Shown here: piece by piece, positions 38,634 to 48,419 of the stretch
How positions within the stretch are numbered: the first letter of the stretch is position 1
How the letters are laid out: each line of letters starts with the position of its first letter
Source: Deltaproteobacteria bacterium
GTDB taxonomy: Bacteria > Myxococcota_A > Polyangia > Polyangiales > Houyiibacteriaceae
Assembly (NCBI GenBank): GCA_034670305.1
Contig: JAXMNT010000002.1
Location: 96,001 to 160,000, forward strand
DNA: 64,000 nt
Reading direction: 5' to 3'
The notes under the pieces: generated by a model
Databases searched by the model: none
Told to the model about the DNA's origin: nothing
What the model saw: only the letters and a program-made list of their open reading frames with translations
Translations under genes and position numbers: made by a program

Positions 38634-41585
38634 ATGCCCTCGGTGACGTCCAATGCGGCGGTGCATCCCGGTCCCGAAGACGTCCCGGCGGAGTCCGCCG
38701 CGGCGAAGGCTCGGGACGCCCTGCGTGTCCTGCGCCCCGACACCTCCGAGGCCCAGCTCGCCCTCGCCGAAGCCCTCGGGACCCACGCGCCGGCGCTGCT
38801 GCCCCTGGTCCTTGCGGATCCGAGCGTCCTGGACGATGTCCAGGCGCGGCCACTCGATCGCACCGACGACCGGGACGAGATCCGGAAACAGTTCGCCGTC
38901 TGCGCCGAGGCCAATGACGAGGCCACCCTCCACCGGCTGCTTCGTCAGACGCGGCATCGGGCCATGGTGCGCATCGCGCTTCGCGAAGTACTTCGATATG
39001 CAGACATCGACCAGACCGCGAGCGAACTCGCGGTGGTGGGCAGTGCGGCGCTGGATGCCGCGCTCAGCGCGTGCCGGCACCAACTGGTACAGCGCTTTGG
39101 GGACGCGCTGCACAGCTCAGACCCGAACGTGCCCATCGCGGTGTCGGCGCTCGGCATGGGCAAGCTCGGCGGTGGAGAGCTCAACTTCGGAAGCGATGTC
39201 GACCTCATCTTCTTCTACGACACGGACGACGGACAGGTGGGGGACGGGCTCGAGGTCACCGTGCACGACTTCTTCACCCGGCTCGTGCGCCTGGCGACCA
39301 AAGCCCTCTCCCAGGTCACCGAACACGGATTCGTCTTCCGCGTGGATTTGCGGCTCCGGCCCGAGGGCAGCCAGGGTCCGCTCGCGAACTCACTCGCGAG
39401 CGCCGAGCGCTACTATACGACCTTCGGGCGCACCTGGGAGCGGGGCGCGCTCCTTCGCGGGCGGCCGGTCGCCGGTGACCCCGCATTTGGAGAGGTCGTG
39501 GTGGACGCCCTGCGCCCCTTCGTCTTCCAACGTTCGGTCGATCCGTCGATCGCCGCGGAGATGCACGGACTGACCCGTCGCTCGCGCCGCGACCTCGCTG
39601 TCGACGACGCCCGCAACGTGAAGCTCGGACGCGGAGGCATCCGAGAGGCCGAGTTCTTCGTGCAATCGCTGCAACTCATCTGGGGCGGCCGCCATCCGGA
39701 ACTTCAGGTCGCCGGCACGATGGAGGGCCTTCGCCGCCTCCGCTCGCTCGGGCTCGTGACCCACAGCGACGCCGAGCAGCTGGAGACCTCCTGGGCGCTC
39801 CTTCGGCGTGTCGAACACCGCATCCACATGGTGGCCGGCTACCAGACCCACGACCTCCCGGAGCCACGGGGCCTCTTCGCGGCCTCGCTCGGCTTCGACG
39901 ACTCCGAAGCGTTGGACGACGCCCTGAGCAGCGCGCGCGAGATCGTGAAAGACCTCTACGACTCGCTCCTCGAAGACACCGACGAACAGACCGACGACCC
40001 AGATCTCGGCCGACTGATCGATCGGCTCTTCGACGGCGATGCCGCTCGGCTCGCGGAGATGGCCGAACGGCTGTTCGCTCAGGACGACGTGGACGAGGTC
40101 GTCGCGCACTTGACCCGGCTCGCCCGCTGGACGCGCTCGCCCTTCGGTCCCGTCGGCCGTCAATCGCATCCGCAGCTTGCACGTGTCCTGCTGCGCGAAG
40201 TGCTCGACGCGGCGGACCCCGTCATGGCGCTCTCCCACCTGGCGGACTTCTTTCTTCGTGGCGGCAGCGGCTTCGCGCGCTCGCTCGAGGCCGAGCCGCG
40301 CTTGACGCGACGGTTGATCGGACTGTTCGGGTCAAGCCCCACCCTGGCGGAACTCCTGGTGGGGCATCCCGAGACGCTGGGTGAACTGCTCGCGGGGGCG
40401 AGCCTCCCTTCCGCCGAACAAGTGGCGCGGGCACACGACGACGGCGCCGTGCAACGTGCCGACATCGAAGACTTCGTGGCGTGGCTGCGTCGGCTCCGGC
40501 GCGAACACCTGCTGCGGGTGGGGCTCGCGCAGATCGGCGGGGAGTTGGACGAACGCGGATCACAGCTCGCCCTGAGCGCACTCGCCGACGCCCAAGTGCG
40601 CGCTTCGTTGCACTACGCGGCGCGAGAGACGATCGCCAAACTCGGGCAGCCCGACGCGACGTGCGACGGCTTCGTCGTCGTGGGCATGGGCAAGCTCGGG
40701 GGCGGCGAACTCGGCTTCACGAGCGACCTCGATCTCATCTTTCTGTACGAAGGCGACGGAGAGACCGCGAACGGCCGGAGTCATGTCGAACTCTTCTCCC
40801 GGATCGCCCAACGGACGATGCGTCTGCTCTCCCAAGCCGATGCAGAAGGTCCCGGCTACGAGGTCGACGCGCGGCTCCGCCCCAGCGGCGCGCAAGGGTT
40901 GCTGGTGACCTCGATCGACTCGTTCGAGCGCTACCACCAAACCCGCGCGCAGCCGTGGGAGCGGCAGGCCTTGGTCCGCGCCCGCCCCGTCGCCGCCACG
41001 ATCGGCGCGGACGAGATGGCAGGCCGCGTCGCCCGATTGCTCGAAGAGACCGCGTACGGACAAGGCGAACCCGAGGTCGGCCGTCTGGTGGCGCTCCGCG
41101 CGCGCATGCAACGTGAACTTGCCGGCGAACGACCGGATCGATACCATCCGAAGCTCGGTTTCGGGGGCTTGGTGGACATCGAGTTCCTGGTTCAGTGGCT
41201 CCAGATGCGACACGGATCCGAACCCAGCGTCCGACGTCGGCACACCACGGGCGCCATCGAAGCGCTCCGGCGCCTGGCCGAGCGTGGCTCGAAAGAGCCC
41301 GGACTGACGGATCATGAAGCAGAGGCGCTCCTGGATGCGTATGCATTCTTCCGACGCGTCGAGCAGGCCGCCGGCTTGCTCGACCCGGCGAGCGGCGGCG
41401 CGCTGAGACTCGACGGGCCGCGCGGACGGGTGGTGGCGCGCGCGCTGGACTTTCGCGAACGCGATGGCGTCCCTCCCGTGGACGTCCTGCGTGCGTTCTG
41501 GCAACGACGGGCCACCGAGGTTCGAACTTTGTTCGAAGCGCGACTGGCTCCCGTGGGCGAGCCGCCGCCCTGGCGTGAGTCATGA
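38634..41585 (+). CDS. glnE: Glutamine synthetase adenylyltransferase/deadenylase
   Basis: Two nucleotidyltransferase halves: MGKLGGGELNFGSDVDL and MGKLGGGELGFTSDLDL, RVDLRLRPEG and EVDARLRPSG, WERGAL and WERQAL. Start uncertain (38613 or 38634). Confidence 0.95.
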   Translation: MPSVTSNAAVHPGPEDVPAESAAAKARDALRVLRPDTSEAQLALAEALGTHAPALLPLVLADPSVLDDVQARPLDRTDDRDEIRKQFAVCAEANDEATLHRLLRQTRHRAMVRIALREVLRYADIDQTASELAVVGSAALDAALSACRHQLVQRFGDALHSSDPNVPIAVSALGMGKLGGGELNFGSDVDLIFFYDTDDGQVGDGLEVTVHDFFTRLVRLATKALSQVTEHGFVFRVDLRLRPEGSQGPLANSLASAERYYTTFGRTWERGALLRGRPVAGDPAFGEVVVDALRPFVFQRSVDPSIAAEMHGLTRRSRRDLAVDDARNVKLGRGGIREAEFFVQSLQLIWGGRHPELQVAGTMEGLRRLRSLGLVTHSDAEQLETSWALLRRVEHRIHMVAGYQTHDLPEPRGLFAASLGFDDSEALDDALSSAREIVKDLYDSLLEDTDEQTDDPDLGRLIDRLFDGDAARLAEMAERLFAQDDVDEVVAHLTRLARWTRSPFGPVGRQSHPQLARVLLREVLDAADPVMALSHLADFFLRGGSGFARSLEAEPRLTRRLIGLFGSSPTLAELLVGHPETLGELLAGASLPSAEQVARAHDDGAVQRADIEDFVAWLRRLRREHLLRVGLAQIGGELDERGSQLALSALADAQVRASLHYAARETIAKLGQPDATCDGFVVVGMGKLGGGELGFTSDLDLIFLYEGDGETANGRSHVELFSRIAQRTMRLLSQADAEGPGYEVDARLRPSGAQGLLVTSIDSFERYHQTRAQPWERQALVRARPVAATIGADEMAGRVARLLEETAYGQGEPEVGRLVALRARMQRELAGERPDRYHPKLGFGGLVDIEFLVQWLQMRHGSEPSVRRRHTTGAIEALRRLAERGSKEPGLTDHEAEALLDAYAFFRRVEQAAGLLDPASGGALRLDGPRGRVVARALDFRERDGVPPVDVLRAFWQRRATEVRTLFEARLAPVGEPPPWRES

Positions 41586-44242
41586 CCCGCGTTCTTCTCG
41601 TCCATCCCGAGTCCGCCCTCGCGCACCGTTCGGCCGCGGTCTTGCGAGACGGGGGCGTGGAGGTCGTGGTGGTCAGCAGCGGGGAGCGCGCGATCGATCA
41701 TTTCGTGCAGGACCCGAGCGAGGTGCTCGTCGTGGATCTGGATCTGCCAGGTCGGGATGGCGCCGCGACGATCGAGTCCATCCGGTGGGCGCCTGGCGGG
41801 GACGCAGCCCAGATGATCCTCACCGGCACCCGCGCGTCCGCCGACGAGGTCCGGACCGTTGCGCGGGAGCTGAAGGCGATCGCGGTGCCCGACGGGGACC
41901 CGCTCACGATCCTGTCCAAGCTGGAACTCGGGCACACGCCCAGTCGACCGCCCACCGCAACCCGCGAGCTCCCACCGCTCGAGTCCGCGAGCGGCGACGA
42001 GGCCGAAGGGCGGGACGTCGAAGAGCGCGCCGACAGACTCGCCCGGCTCGCGCGGCTCGACGGCCGCCTCGAGGACGTTCCCTTTCCAGCGCTCCTCGCG
42101 CGACTCGCCGAACAGCGGGCGAGCGGCGCACTGGTGCTCGGGTCCGCGGGGGACCCGCGATCGACGACGACCGGTGAGTCCCCGAAGAAGGTGGTGTTCT
42201 TTCGCAATGGCATCCCCGTGCACGTGCGGAGCAACCTCGTCGAAGAGTGTCTCGGCCAACTGCTCCAGCGGGAAGGGTTGATCTCTGGAGAGGCCCTGGC
42301 CGAATCGCTCGCGCGCGTGCAGGACGGCGACGGGCGCCAAGGAGGCATCCTGATCGCGATCGGCGCGCTCTCCCCCCAGCAGCTGCGCGATGCGCTGCAA
42401 CGGCAACAACGCGAGAAGTTGTTCGACGTCTTCTCGTGGCCAGCGGGCACATACGCGTTCAGCGAGTCGTCCGAGTTGCCGTCCGAGACCGTGACGTTGG
42501 AGATGGCCCTCGCGGAGATGGTCTACCACGGCATTCGCGAGCGCATCCCCTCCCCACGGGTGGCCGGCATGGTCGCCGAGATCGAACATCGGTACGCGGT
42601 GCCGGGGGGACCTGGGTTCCGCGGTCTGCTCCGGGTCGTGGATGCGCCCGAACGCGCGTTGCTGGAGGCGGTCGACGGTCAGAGCACGGTGGCGGTGCTC
42701 ATCGCGAGTGCCACCCGCCGCGTCGAGGCCACCCGGGTGTTCTTCGCCGCGCGCTGTCTCGGTGCCATCGGACTGCGGGACACCTCCGTGGTGAAGACCC
42801 ATGCCGACGTGCCGGACGACGACGACGGTCGGAGGCTGCTCGCCAAAGTCGTTCCCCTTCTGCGCGCCGGCAAGTGGGCCGAGGCGCTCGGCGTCGCCGC
42901 CGACGACGTCGAAGGCGCGCGGAAGTCGGCGAAGACGATCCGAGACACGCTTCGCTCGCTCTCCACCCAGGCAGACGTGGGCCGAGCGCTGAGAAATCTG
43001 GCGACCGAGACCATCGTGCGGCTCGCCCGGGCAGAGAGCGCGATCACCGATGCCAGCGGGTTGCACCCACCCCTGAGCGACAGTGCGCCGATCACCCGCG
43101 AGCTGCCCGCGCTCGCCACCCACGCCGGCGGCAAGGTGTCTCGGCCCAGTTCCAGCCTGAAGCCCTCCGCAACCGCCGTTGTGGGCAGCGGCGCGGTTTC
43201 CGGAAAGCCGGACGCGGTCACCCGCGACCACGCCGTCCCGAGCGAACCGGAGCGCGAACTCGCCGAGGTCTCAGAGGCACGTCCGCTGGGGTTCGACGGA
43301 GACGACGCGACCGGGGTGTTGCCGCCCGAGGTGGTGGAAGCCGCGCGCGCGGCAAGCGCGCACTCGGGTTCGACGGCGTCGGAAGAGATCTCCTTCGCGG
43401 GTGTGGCGGAGGCGGCGGGGGCGGCCGCGGGCCCCGACGCCGTGGTTGAAGTTGTGGCTGTGGCTGAAGCTGTTTCGGAGACTGCAACTGCTTCTGAAGC
43501 CGATGGCGTGGCCGAAGCCGTGGCCGCAGCCGAAGCCGTGGCCGATGCCGAAGCCGTGGCCGATGCCGAAGCCAAAGCCGAAGCCGAAGCCGAAGCCGAA
43601 GCCGTAGCCGTGGCAGCGGCCGATGCCGAAGCCGAAGCCGAAGCCGAAGCCGAAGCCGCAGCCGAAGCCGAAGCCGTGGCCGCGGCCGAAGCCGCGGCCG
43701 AAGCCGAAGCGGTTGCTGCGGCCGAAGCCGAAGCGGTTGCCGCGGCGGAAGCCGAAGCGGTTGCGGCCGAAGCCGCGCTGGCGGCGGAGCGGGATGCGCT
43801 GGCGGTCGCGGCTGCAGAGGAAGCCGAACGGGCGCGCGAGGCGGCGGCGGCGGAGGAGGCGGCGGCGACCTTGGACGATCGGGTGGAGGCGATGCTCCAA
43901 GCGGAGCGGCACTTCCGGCGTGGACAGCGCGCGCTCGGGCGGGGCGCGATCGATCAGGCCGTCGTCGCGTTCCGCAAGGCGGTGGAGACCGTCCCGGACG
44001 AAGGCGATTTTCTCGCCCACTTGGGGTGGGTGCTTCACCTCTCAGGCCAAGACGAGGAAGCCGAGCCGTTGCTCTCGAAGGCCAGCGGGCTCGCGCCGCA
44101 CGTCGCCCAGGTCCATGTGCTGCTCGCCCGGTTCTTCGTGACGCTCGAGAGACTGCCAGCCGCGCGCAACGCGTACGAGCGTGCGCTGGCCGCGGATCCC
44201 GACCACCTCGAAGCGCTCGAAGAACTTCGCGCCCTGAGCTGA
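41582..44242 (+). CDS. Atypical receiver + DUF4388-like + Ala/Glu linker + TPR protein
   Basis: Receiver fold with VVDLDLPGRDG. GRLEDVPFPALL..SGALVL..KKVVFFRNG..ECLGQLL. C-terminal TPRs. ATGA overlap with glnE. Confidence 0.85.
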   Translation: MTRVLLVHPESALAHRSAAVLRDGGVEVVVVSSGERAIDHFVQDPSEVLVVDLDLPGRDGAATIESIRWAPGGDAAQMILTGTRASADEVRTVARELKAIAVPDGDPLTILSKLELGHTPSRPPTATRELPPLESASGDEAEGRDVEERADRLARLARLDGRLEDVPFPALLARLAEQRASGALVLGSAGDPRSTTTGESPKKVVFFRNGIPVHVRSNLVEECLGQLLQREGLISGEALAESLARVQDGDGRQGGILIAIGALSPQQLRDALQRQQREKLFDVFSWPAGTYAFSESSELPSETVTLEMALAEMVYHGIRERIPSPRVAGMVAEIEHRYAVPGGPGFRGLLRVVDAPERALLEAVDGQSTVAVLIASATRRVEATRVFFAARCLGAIGLRDTSVVKTHADVPDDDDGRRLLAKVVPLLRAGKWAEALGVAADDVEGARKSAKTIRDTLRSLSTQADVGRALRNLATETIVRLARAESAITDASGLHPPLSDSAPITRELPALATHAGGKVSRPSSSLKPSATAVVGSGAVSGKPDAVTRDHAVPSEPERELAEVSEARPLGFDGDDATGVLPPEVVEAARAASAHSGSTASEEISFAGVAEAAGAAAGPDAVVEVVAVAEAVSETATASEADGVAEAVAAAEAVADAEAVADAEAKAEAEAEAEAVAVAAADAEAEAEAEAEAAAEAEAVAAAEAAAEAEAVAAAEAEAVAAAEAEAVAAEAALAAERDALAVAAAEEAERAREAAAAEEAAATLDDRVEAMLQAERHFRRGQRALGRGAIDQAVVAFRKAVETVPDEGDFLAHLGWVLHLSGQDEEAEPLLSKASGLAPHVAQVHVLLARFFVTLERLPAARNAYERALAADPDHLEALEELRALS
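43495..43775 (+). repeat. Intragenic (GCCGAA)n array encoding an (AE)n/AVA linker
   Basis: In-frame GCCGAA/GCCGTG/GCCGAT units. Same hexamer family as the intergenic arrays. Confidence 0.85.
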
Positions 44243-44383
44243 TCGACCCGCGCGTTTCAAAGCGCTGGGCCCGACAGATGCCCCTCGGTCCGGGGGGCAC
44301 AGTGAGGTTGGGGTTGCGCGCGTTGGTTGCGACGCGATACAGCGAGGGGAACCCGGGCACGTGTCCCGAGCCCTGGAGGAACG

Positions 44384-45301
44384 ATGGTCGACAAGGTCGA
44401 GAAGATCTGGATGGATGGCGCGCTGATCGATTGGGACGCTGCCAACGTGCACGTGCTCACGCACAGCCTTCACTACGGTCTCGGAGTGTTCGAAGGCATC
44501 CGTTGCTACAAGCAGAGCGATGGGTCGAGCGCGATCTTCCGACTCCGAGAGCACATCCAGCGCCTCGCGGATTCGGCGAAGATCGCCACGTTGCCGATGC
44601 CCTACGACGTGGACACCCTCTGCGCCGCGAGTGTCGAGACCGTGAAGGCCAACAAACTCGAAGAATGTTACCTGCGCCCGCTGGCGTTCGTCGGCGACGG
44701 AGCGATGGGCCTTGGCGCCCGAGACAACCCGACCCGCGTCACGATCATCGCTTGGAAGTGGGGCGCGTACCTCGGTGAGGACGGCCTCAAGCGGGGCATC
44801 CGCGCCAAGGTCTCCTCGTTCAGCCGCGCAGGCGTGAACGCGCTGATGGCCAAGGGCAAAGTCGTCGGTCACTACGTGAACTCGATCCTCGCCAAACGCG
44901 AAGTGCTCCAGAACGGCTACGACGAGGCGATCATGCTCGACCCGCAGGGGTACGTCTGCGAGGCGTCGGGCGAGAACATCTTCGTGGTCCGCAACGGCGT
45001 GGTCTCGACCGCACCGCTTGGTTCGTCGATTCTTGGCGGCATCACGCGCGAGACGACGATTCGATTGATGCAGGACATGGGTCTTGAAGTCCGCGAGCGC
45101 CTCATCGGCCGCGACGAACTCTACATCGCCGACGAAGTCTTCATGGTGGGGACGGCCGCCGAGGTCACGCCGGTGCGCGAAGTCGACGACCGCACCGTCG
45201 GCGCCGGCGAGCGTGGTCCGATCACCGAGAAGGTCCAGTCGCGGTACTTCGCCGCGGTGCGCGGCGACGGCCCGAAGGAATGGCTCACCCCCATCGCCTG
45301 A
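44384..45301 (+). CDS. ilvE: Branched-chain amino acid aminotransferase
   Basis: THSLHYGLGVFEGIRCY, YLRP, AK..GHYVNS, EASGENIF, ILGGITR, GTAAEVTP. GGAGG RBS. Confidence 0.96.
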   Translation: MVDKVEKIWMDGALIDWDAANVHVLTHSLHYGLGVFEGIRCYKQSDGSSAIFRLREHIQRLADSAKIATLPMPYDVDTLCAASVETVKANKLEECYLRPLAFVGDGAMGLGARDNPTRVTIIAWKWGAYLGEDGLKRGIRAKVSSFSRAGVNALMAKGKVVGHYVNSILAKREVLQNGYDEAIMLDPQGYVCEASGENIFVVRNGVVSTAPLGSSILGGITRETTIRLMQDMGLEVRERLIGRDELYIADEVFMVGTAAEVTPVREVDDRTVGAGERGPITEKVQSRYFAAVRGDGPKEWLTPIA

Positions 45302-45316
45302 GTCCGATTCGTCAGA

Positions 45317-45410
45317 ACGAGAAAAGGCGGGCCGCAGAAGCGAGCCCGCCTTTCTTGTGGGGCGACGAGAAAAGGCGAGCCGCGTTCTGCCGGCTCGCCC
45401 TTCCCTTGTT
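45317..45410. terminator. Two tandem hairpins between convergent genes (bidirectional terminator)
   Basis: AAAGGCGGGC..GCCCGCCTTT and AAGGCGAGCCG..CGGCTCGCCCTT, each beginning ACGAGAAAAGGCG. Confidence 0.75.
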
Positions 45411-45424
45411 CGTTGCGGGTTGTC

Positions 45425-46180
45425 TTACGCTTCTGCCGAAGGTCCATCCGGGTTCGGCGGCACGTATCCCTCGAGCGCACGTTCGTGCACGAGGAAGGCA
45501 CGGCACTGCGGACAGTCGCGGATGTCGTCGAAGCGCAGCAGCTCGATGTAGAACTGCGCGGGCAAGAGCAGCCGGCACGACGAGCACATCTCGCTCGTGA
45601 GAATGGTGACCGCCTTGTGCTTCGAGCGCTCTCGGAGGCGCTCGTAGCGCTTGATGATGCGCGGCGGCACGAGTTCCACGTACTTGCCGCGACCGACGAG
45701 CACCTTGTCTCGCTCGACCTTGACGACCTCGAGGCGGGCTTTGCCTTCCTTCTCTTCGGTCTCGAGAATCTGGCGGGCTTCCTCGAACTGGCTCTCGCGT
45801 TCGGCCAGCGTGGTCGCCTTCGCCTCGATCGTATCCTGGATCTGCGTGATCTCTTTTTCGCGTTCGGCCGCGGCGCGGCGGTTGGACTCCACCTCGCGCT
45901 CGGCCATGTCCGCTTCTTTCATCGTCTGGGCTCGAGAGCCCTTCGACTTCGCGCGGGTCACGGCTTCGCGCCGCTCGGAGAGTTCCTGGGTGCGCTCGGC
46001 GAGAAGCGCCTTGGCTTCGTCCAGCTGAGCACGCTCATGTTCGAGCAACTTCTCCAGTGTCGCGACGTCCTCGCGCATCGCAGCGAGTTTCGCGGGAATC
46101 GTCTTCAGTTCCTGGTCGTACGAGGACGAGGCCTCGTCGATTTCAGCAACCTTCGCTAGCGCCCTCAGCTTGTCCCGCAC
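45425..46180 (-). CDS. Coiled-coil protein with C4-type zinc ribbon (DUF164/CT398-like)
   Basis: Long heptad region, then YERLR..CSSC..CPQC. Confidence 0.9.
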   Translation of the reverse strand: MRDKLRALAKVAEIDEASSSYDQELKTIPAKLAAMREDVATLEKLLEHERAQLDEAKALLAERTQELSERREAVTRAKSKGSRAQTMKEADMAEREVESNRRAAAEREKEITQIQDTIEAKATTLAERESQFEEARQILETEEKEGKARLEVVKVERDKVLVGRGKYVELVPPRIIKRYERLRERSKHKAVTILTSEMCSSCRLLLPAQFYIELLRFDDIRDCPQCRAFLVHERALEGYVPPNPDGPSAEA

Positions 46181-46261
46181 CCTGCGTCACCTCCACGCCA
46201 CGTTGGCGTGCCGCGCGTTTACCTTGCCCGCACCCAACACGCAACCCGCGTTGCTTAACAG

Positions 46262-46335
46262 TGGGCCCAGTCGGACTCGAACCGACACGTAGCCGGTTAT
46301 GAGCCGGCGGCTCTGACCAATTGAGCTATGGGCCC
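46262..46335 (-). tRNA. tRNA-Ile2 (anticodon CAT, lysidine-modified); CCA not encoded
   Basis: GGGCCCA acceptor stem, D arm TAGCTCAATTGGTCAGAGC, anticodon arm GCCGG-CTCATAA-CCGGC, T arm GTCGG-TTCGAGT-CCGAC. C4-G69/C5-G68 pairs and the position after rpoD favour Ile2 over Met. Confidence 0.9.
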
Positions 46336-46403
46336 AGATCGCGAAAACCCCGTCTTTCGACGAGGTCTTCGCTGCACGAACACTCGGTCGGAGTGGTCGC
46401 GCG

Positions 46404-48419
46404 CTACTTCTCTATGAAGCTGCGGAGCTGCTTGCTCCGGCTCGGGTGACGCAGCTTGCGCAGCGCCTTCGCTTCGATCTGTCGGATGCGCTCGCGGGTG
46501 ACGTCGAAGTCCTGACCCACCTCTTCGAGGGTGTGGTCGCTCTTCTCGCCGATTCCAAACCGCATGCGGAGAACCTTCTCCTCACGGGGCGTCAGCGTCT
46601 TGAGCACCCGACGCGTCTGCTCCTCGAGGTTGCCGTTGATGACGGCCTCCACCGGCGAGATGACCGACTTGTCCTCGATGAAGTCGCCGAGATGCGAATC
46701 TTCCTCTTCGCCGATGGGCGTCTCGAGGCTGATCGGCTCCTTGGCGATCTTGAGGACCTTGCGGACCTTGTCGAGCGGCATCTCCATGCGCTCGGCGATC
46801 TCTTCCGGAATCGGCTCGCGACCCAGCTCTTGCACCAAGTAGCGGCTGGTGCGGATGAGCTTGTTGATCGTCTCGATCATGTGGACCGGGATTCGAATCG
46901 TGCGTGCCTGGTCGGCGATCGCGCGGGTGATGGCCTGACGGATCCACCACGTCGCGTACGTCGAGAACTTGTAGCCGCGGCGGTACTCGAACTTGTCCAC
47001 CGCCTTCATGAGGCCGATGTTGCCTTCCTGGATGAGGTCCAGGAACTGAAGGCCGCGGTTCGTGTACTTCTTCGCGATGCTCACCACGAGGCGCAGGTTG
47101 GCTTCGACCAGTTCGGCCTTGGCGCGGTCCGCTTGGTGTTCGCCGCGTCGAAGCAGATCGTAGGTGCCGCGAAGCTGAGCGATCGGCTGCCCCAGATCCT
47201 CCTCCACCTTCTTGGCGGACTTGTGGGCCTCTTTGATCGTCTCGTCCGCCATGCGGAGGACTTCGAACGACGCACCGGTCTTGCGCAGGATGCGCTTCTC
47301 GGCCGAGGGGGTCGTCTGGATGGTCTTGATGGCCTTCTTGATGTCCCGATGAACCAAGCCGCCGCAGCGCGCTTCGGTGTCCACGATGGCCCGTTCCGCC
47401 CGATCGACGCGGCGGATGTAGCCTTTGATGCGCGAGACGACCTTGTCGATTTGTTTCTTCGACAGGCCCAGCGAGCGCAGCGTCGCGATGCGATCCTGGC
47501 GACACTTCTCGATCGTGCGTTCGCTCGTCTTGCGGACTCGATCGCTGACGCGTTTGCCGCCCTCGAGGTCCTCCTTGAGCTTGTTGGCCTGCGCCTCGAG
47601 CCGTTTGACCTTCTCGACCAGCTTGACCAGGCGCGCACGGACTTCTTCGTCCGTCTCGTCGCCCATGTCCTTGATGACGTCCTTGGTGCGGAGCTTGCCC
47701 TTCTTGAGGTTCTCACCGACCTCGATGAGCTCACCGACACCAACGCGGGAGTCGAGAATGACCTCGAAGATCTTGTCCTCGCCGCTCTCGATGCGTTTCG
47801 CGATCTCCACCTCGCCCTCACGGGTCAGGAGGGAGACGGATCCCATCTTGCGCAGGTACATGCGCACGGGGTCGTTCGACTTCGTGGTGTACGGGTCGCT
47901 GCTGGGCGGAAGAATCGACTCGCGCTTCTTCTTGCCTTTGACCTGCGCTTCTTTGCGCTTGGCCTGGGCCGCGGTGTCGACGATGTCGATGTCCTCGTTG
48001 CCGAGGCGCCCCATGAGCTCGTCGATCTGATCGCTCGTGACCACATCGGGCGGGAGCGCATCGTTGATCTCGTCGTACGTGAGGAACCCTTTGACCCGAC
48101 CGCGCTCCAGGAGCACCTGGATCTCCTTGCGCTCCTTGCGCCGCCGACGGCTCTCGAGAAGCTTGTCGACCTCGCTCTTGACCTTCTTTCGTCGGCCAGT
48201 CTTGGGCTTCGCTTCTGTCTCTTGAACCACGGGCTCCTCAGCGGGAGCCGCAACGGTACCGTTCGCGGAGCTGCCGTTGGCAGCCCCATTCTTTGTACCG
48301 TTCGCCTTCGCACGCGCCTTCGCCGCCGGCCGAGCCTTCTTGGCTTTGGCTTTCGGTGCGGCTTTCTTTGGCGCGCTTTTACGCGTCGTGGTCTTCGAAC
48401 TGCTGGCCTTCGTCGCCAT
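46404..48419 (-). CDS. rpoD: Primary sigma factor (sigma70/SigA)
   Basis: Region 1.1 [61 protein letters not shown]. Lys/Ala-rich N-terminal extension. Confidence 0.98.
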   Translation of the reverse strand: MATKASSSKTTTRKSAPKKAAPKAKAKKARPAAKARAKANGTKNGAANGSSANGTVAAPAEEPVVQETEAKPKTGRRKKVKSEVDKLLESRRRRKERKEIQVLLERGRVKGFLTYDEINDALPPDVVTSDQIDELMGRLGNEDIDIVDTAAQAKRKEAQVKGKKKRESILPPSSDPYTTKSNDPVRMYLRKMGSVSLLTREGEVEIAKRIESGEDKIFEVILDSRVGVGELIEVGENLKKGKLRTKDVIKDMGDETDEEVRARLVKLVEKVKRLEAQANKLKEDLEGGKRVSDRVRKTSERTIEKCRQDRIATLRSLGLSKKQIDKVVSRIKGYIRRVDRAERAIVDTEARCGGLVHRDIKKAIKTIQTTPSAEKRILRKTGASFEVLRMADETIKEAHKSAKKVEEDLGQPIAQLRGTYDLLRRGEHQADRAKAELVEANLRLVVSIAKKYTNRGLQFLDLIQEGNIGLMKAVDKFEYRRGYKFSTYATWWIRQAITRAIADQARTIRIPVHMIETINKLIRTSRYLVQELGREPIPEEIAERMEMPLDKVRKVLKIAKEPISLETPIGEEEDSHLGDFIEDKSVISPVEAVINGNLEEQTRRVLKTLTPREEKVLRMRFGIGEKSDHTLEEVGQDFDVTRERIRQIEAKALRKLRHPSRSKQLRSFIEK

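Noticed and set aside
46262-46335. tRNA-Met call, and the tRNA as an integration site
   Set aside because: It has no initiator features (no C1:A72 mismatch, no GGG/CCC anticodon stem), and the acceptor stem and context fit Ile2. I saw no duplicated 3' end or integrase nearby.
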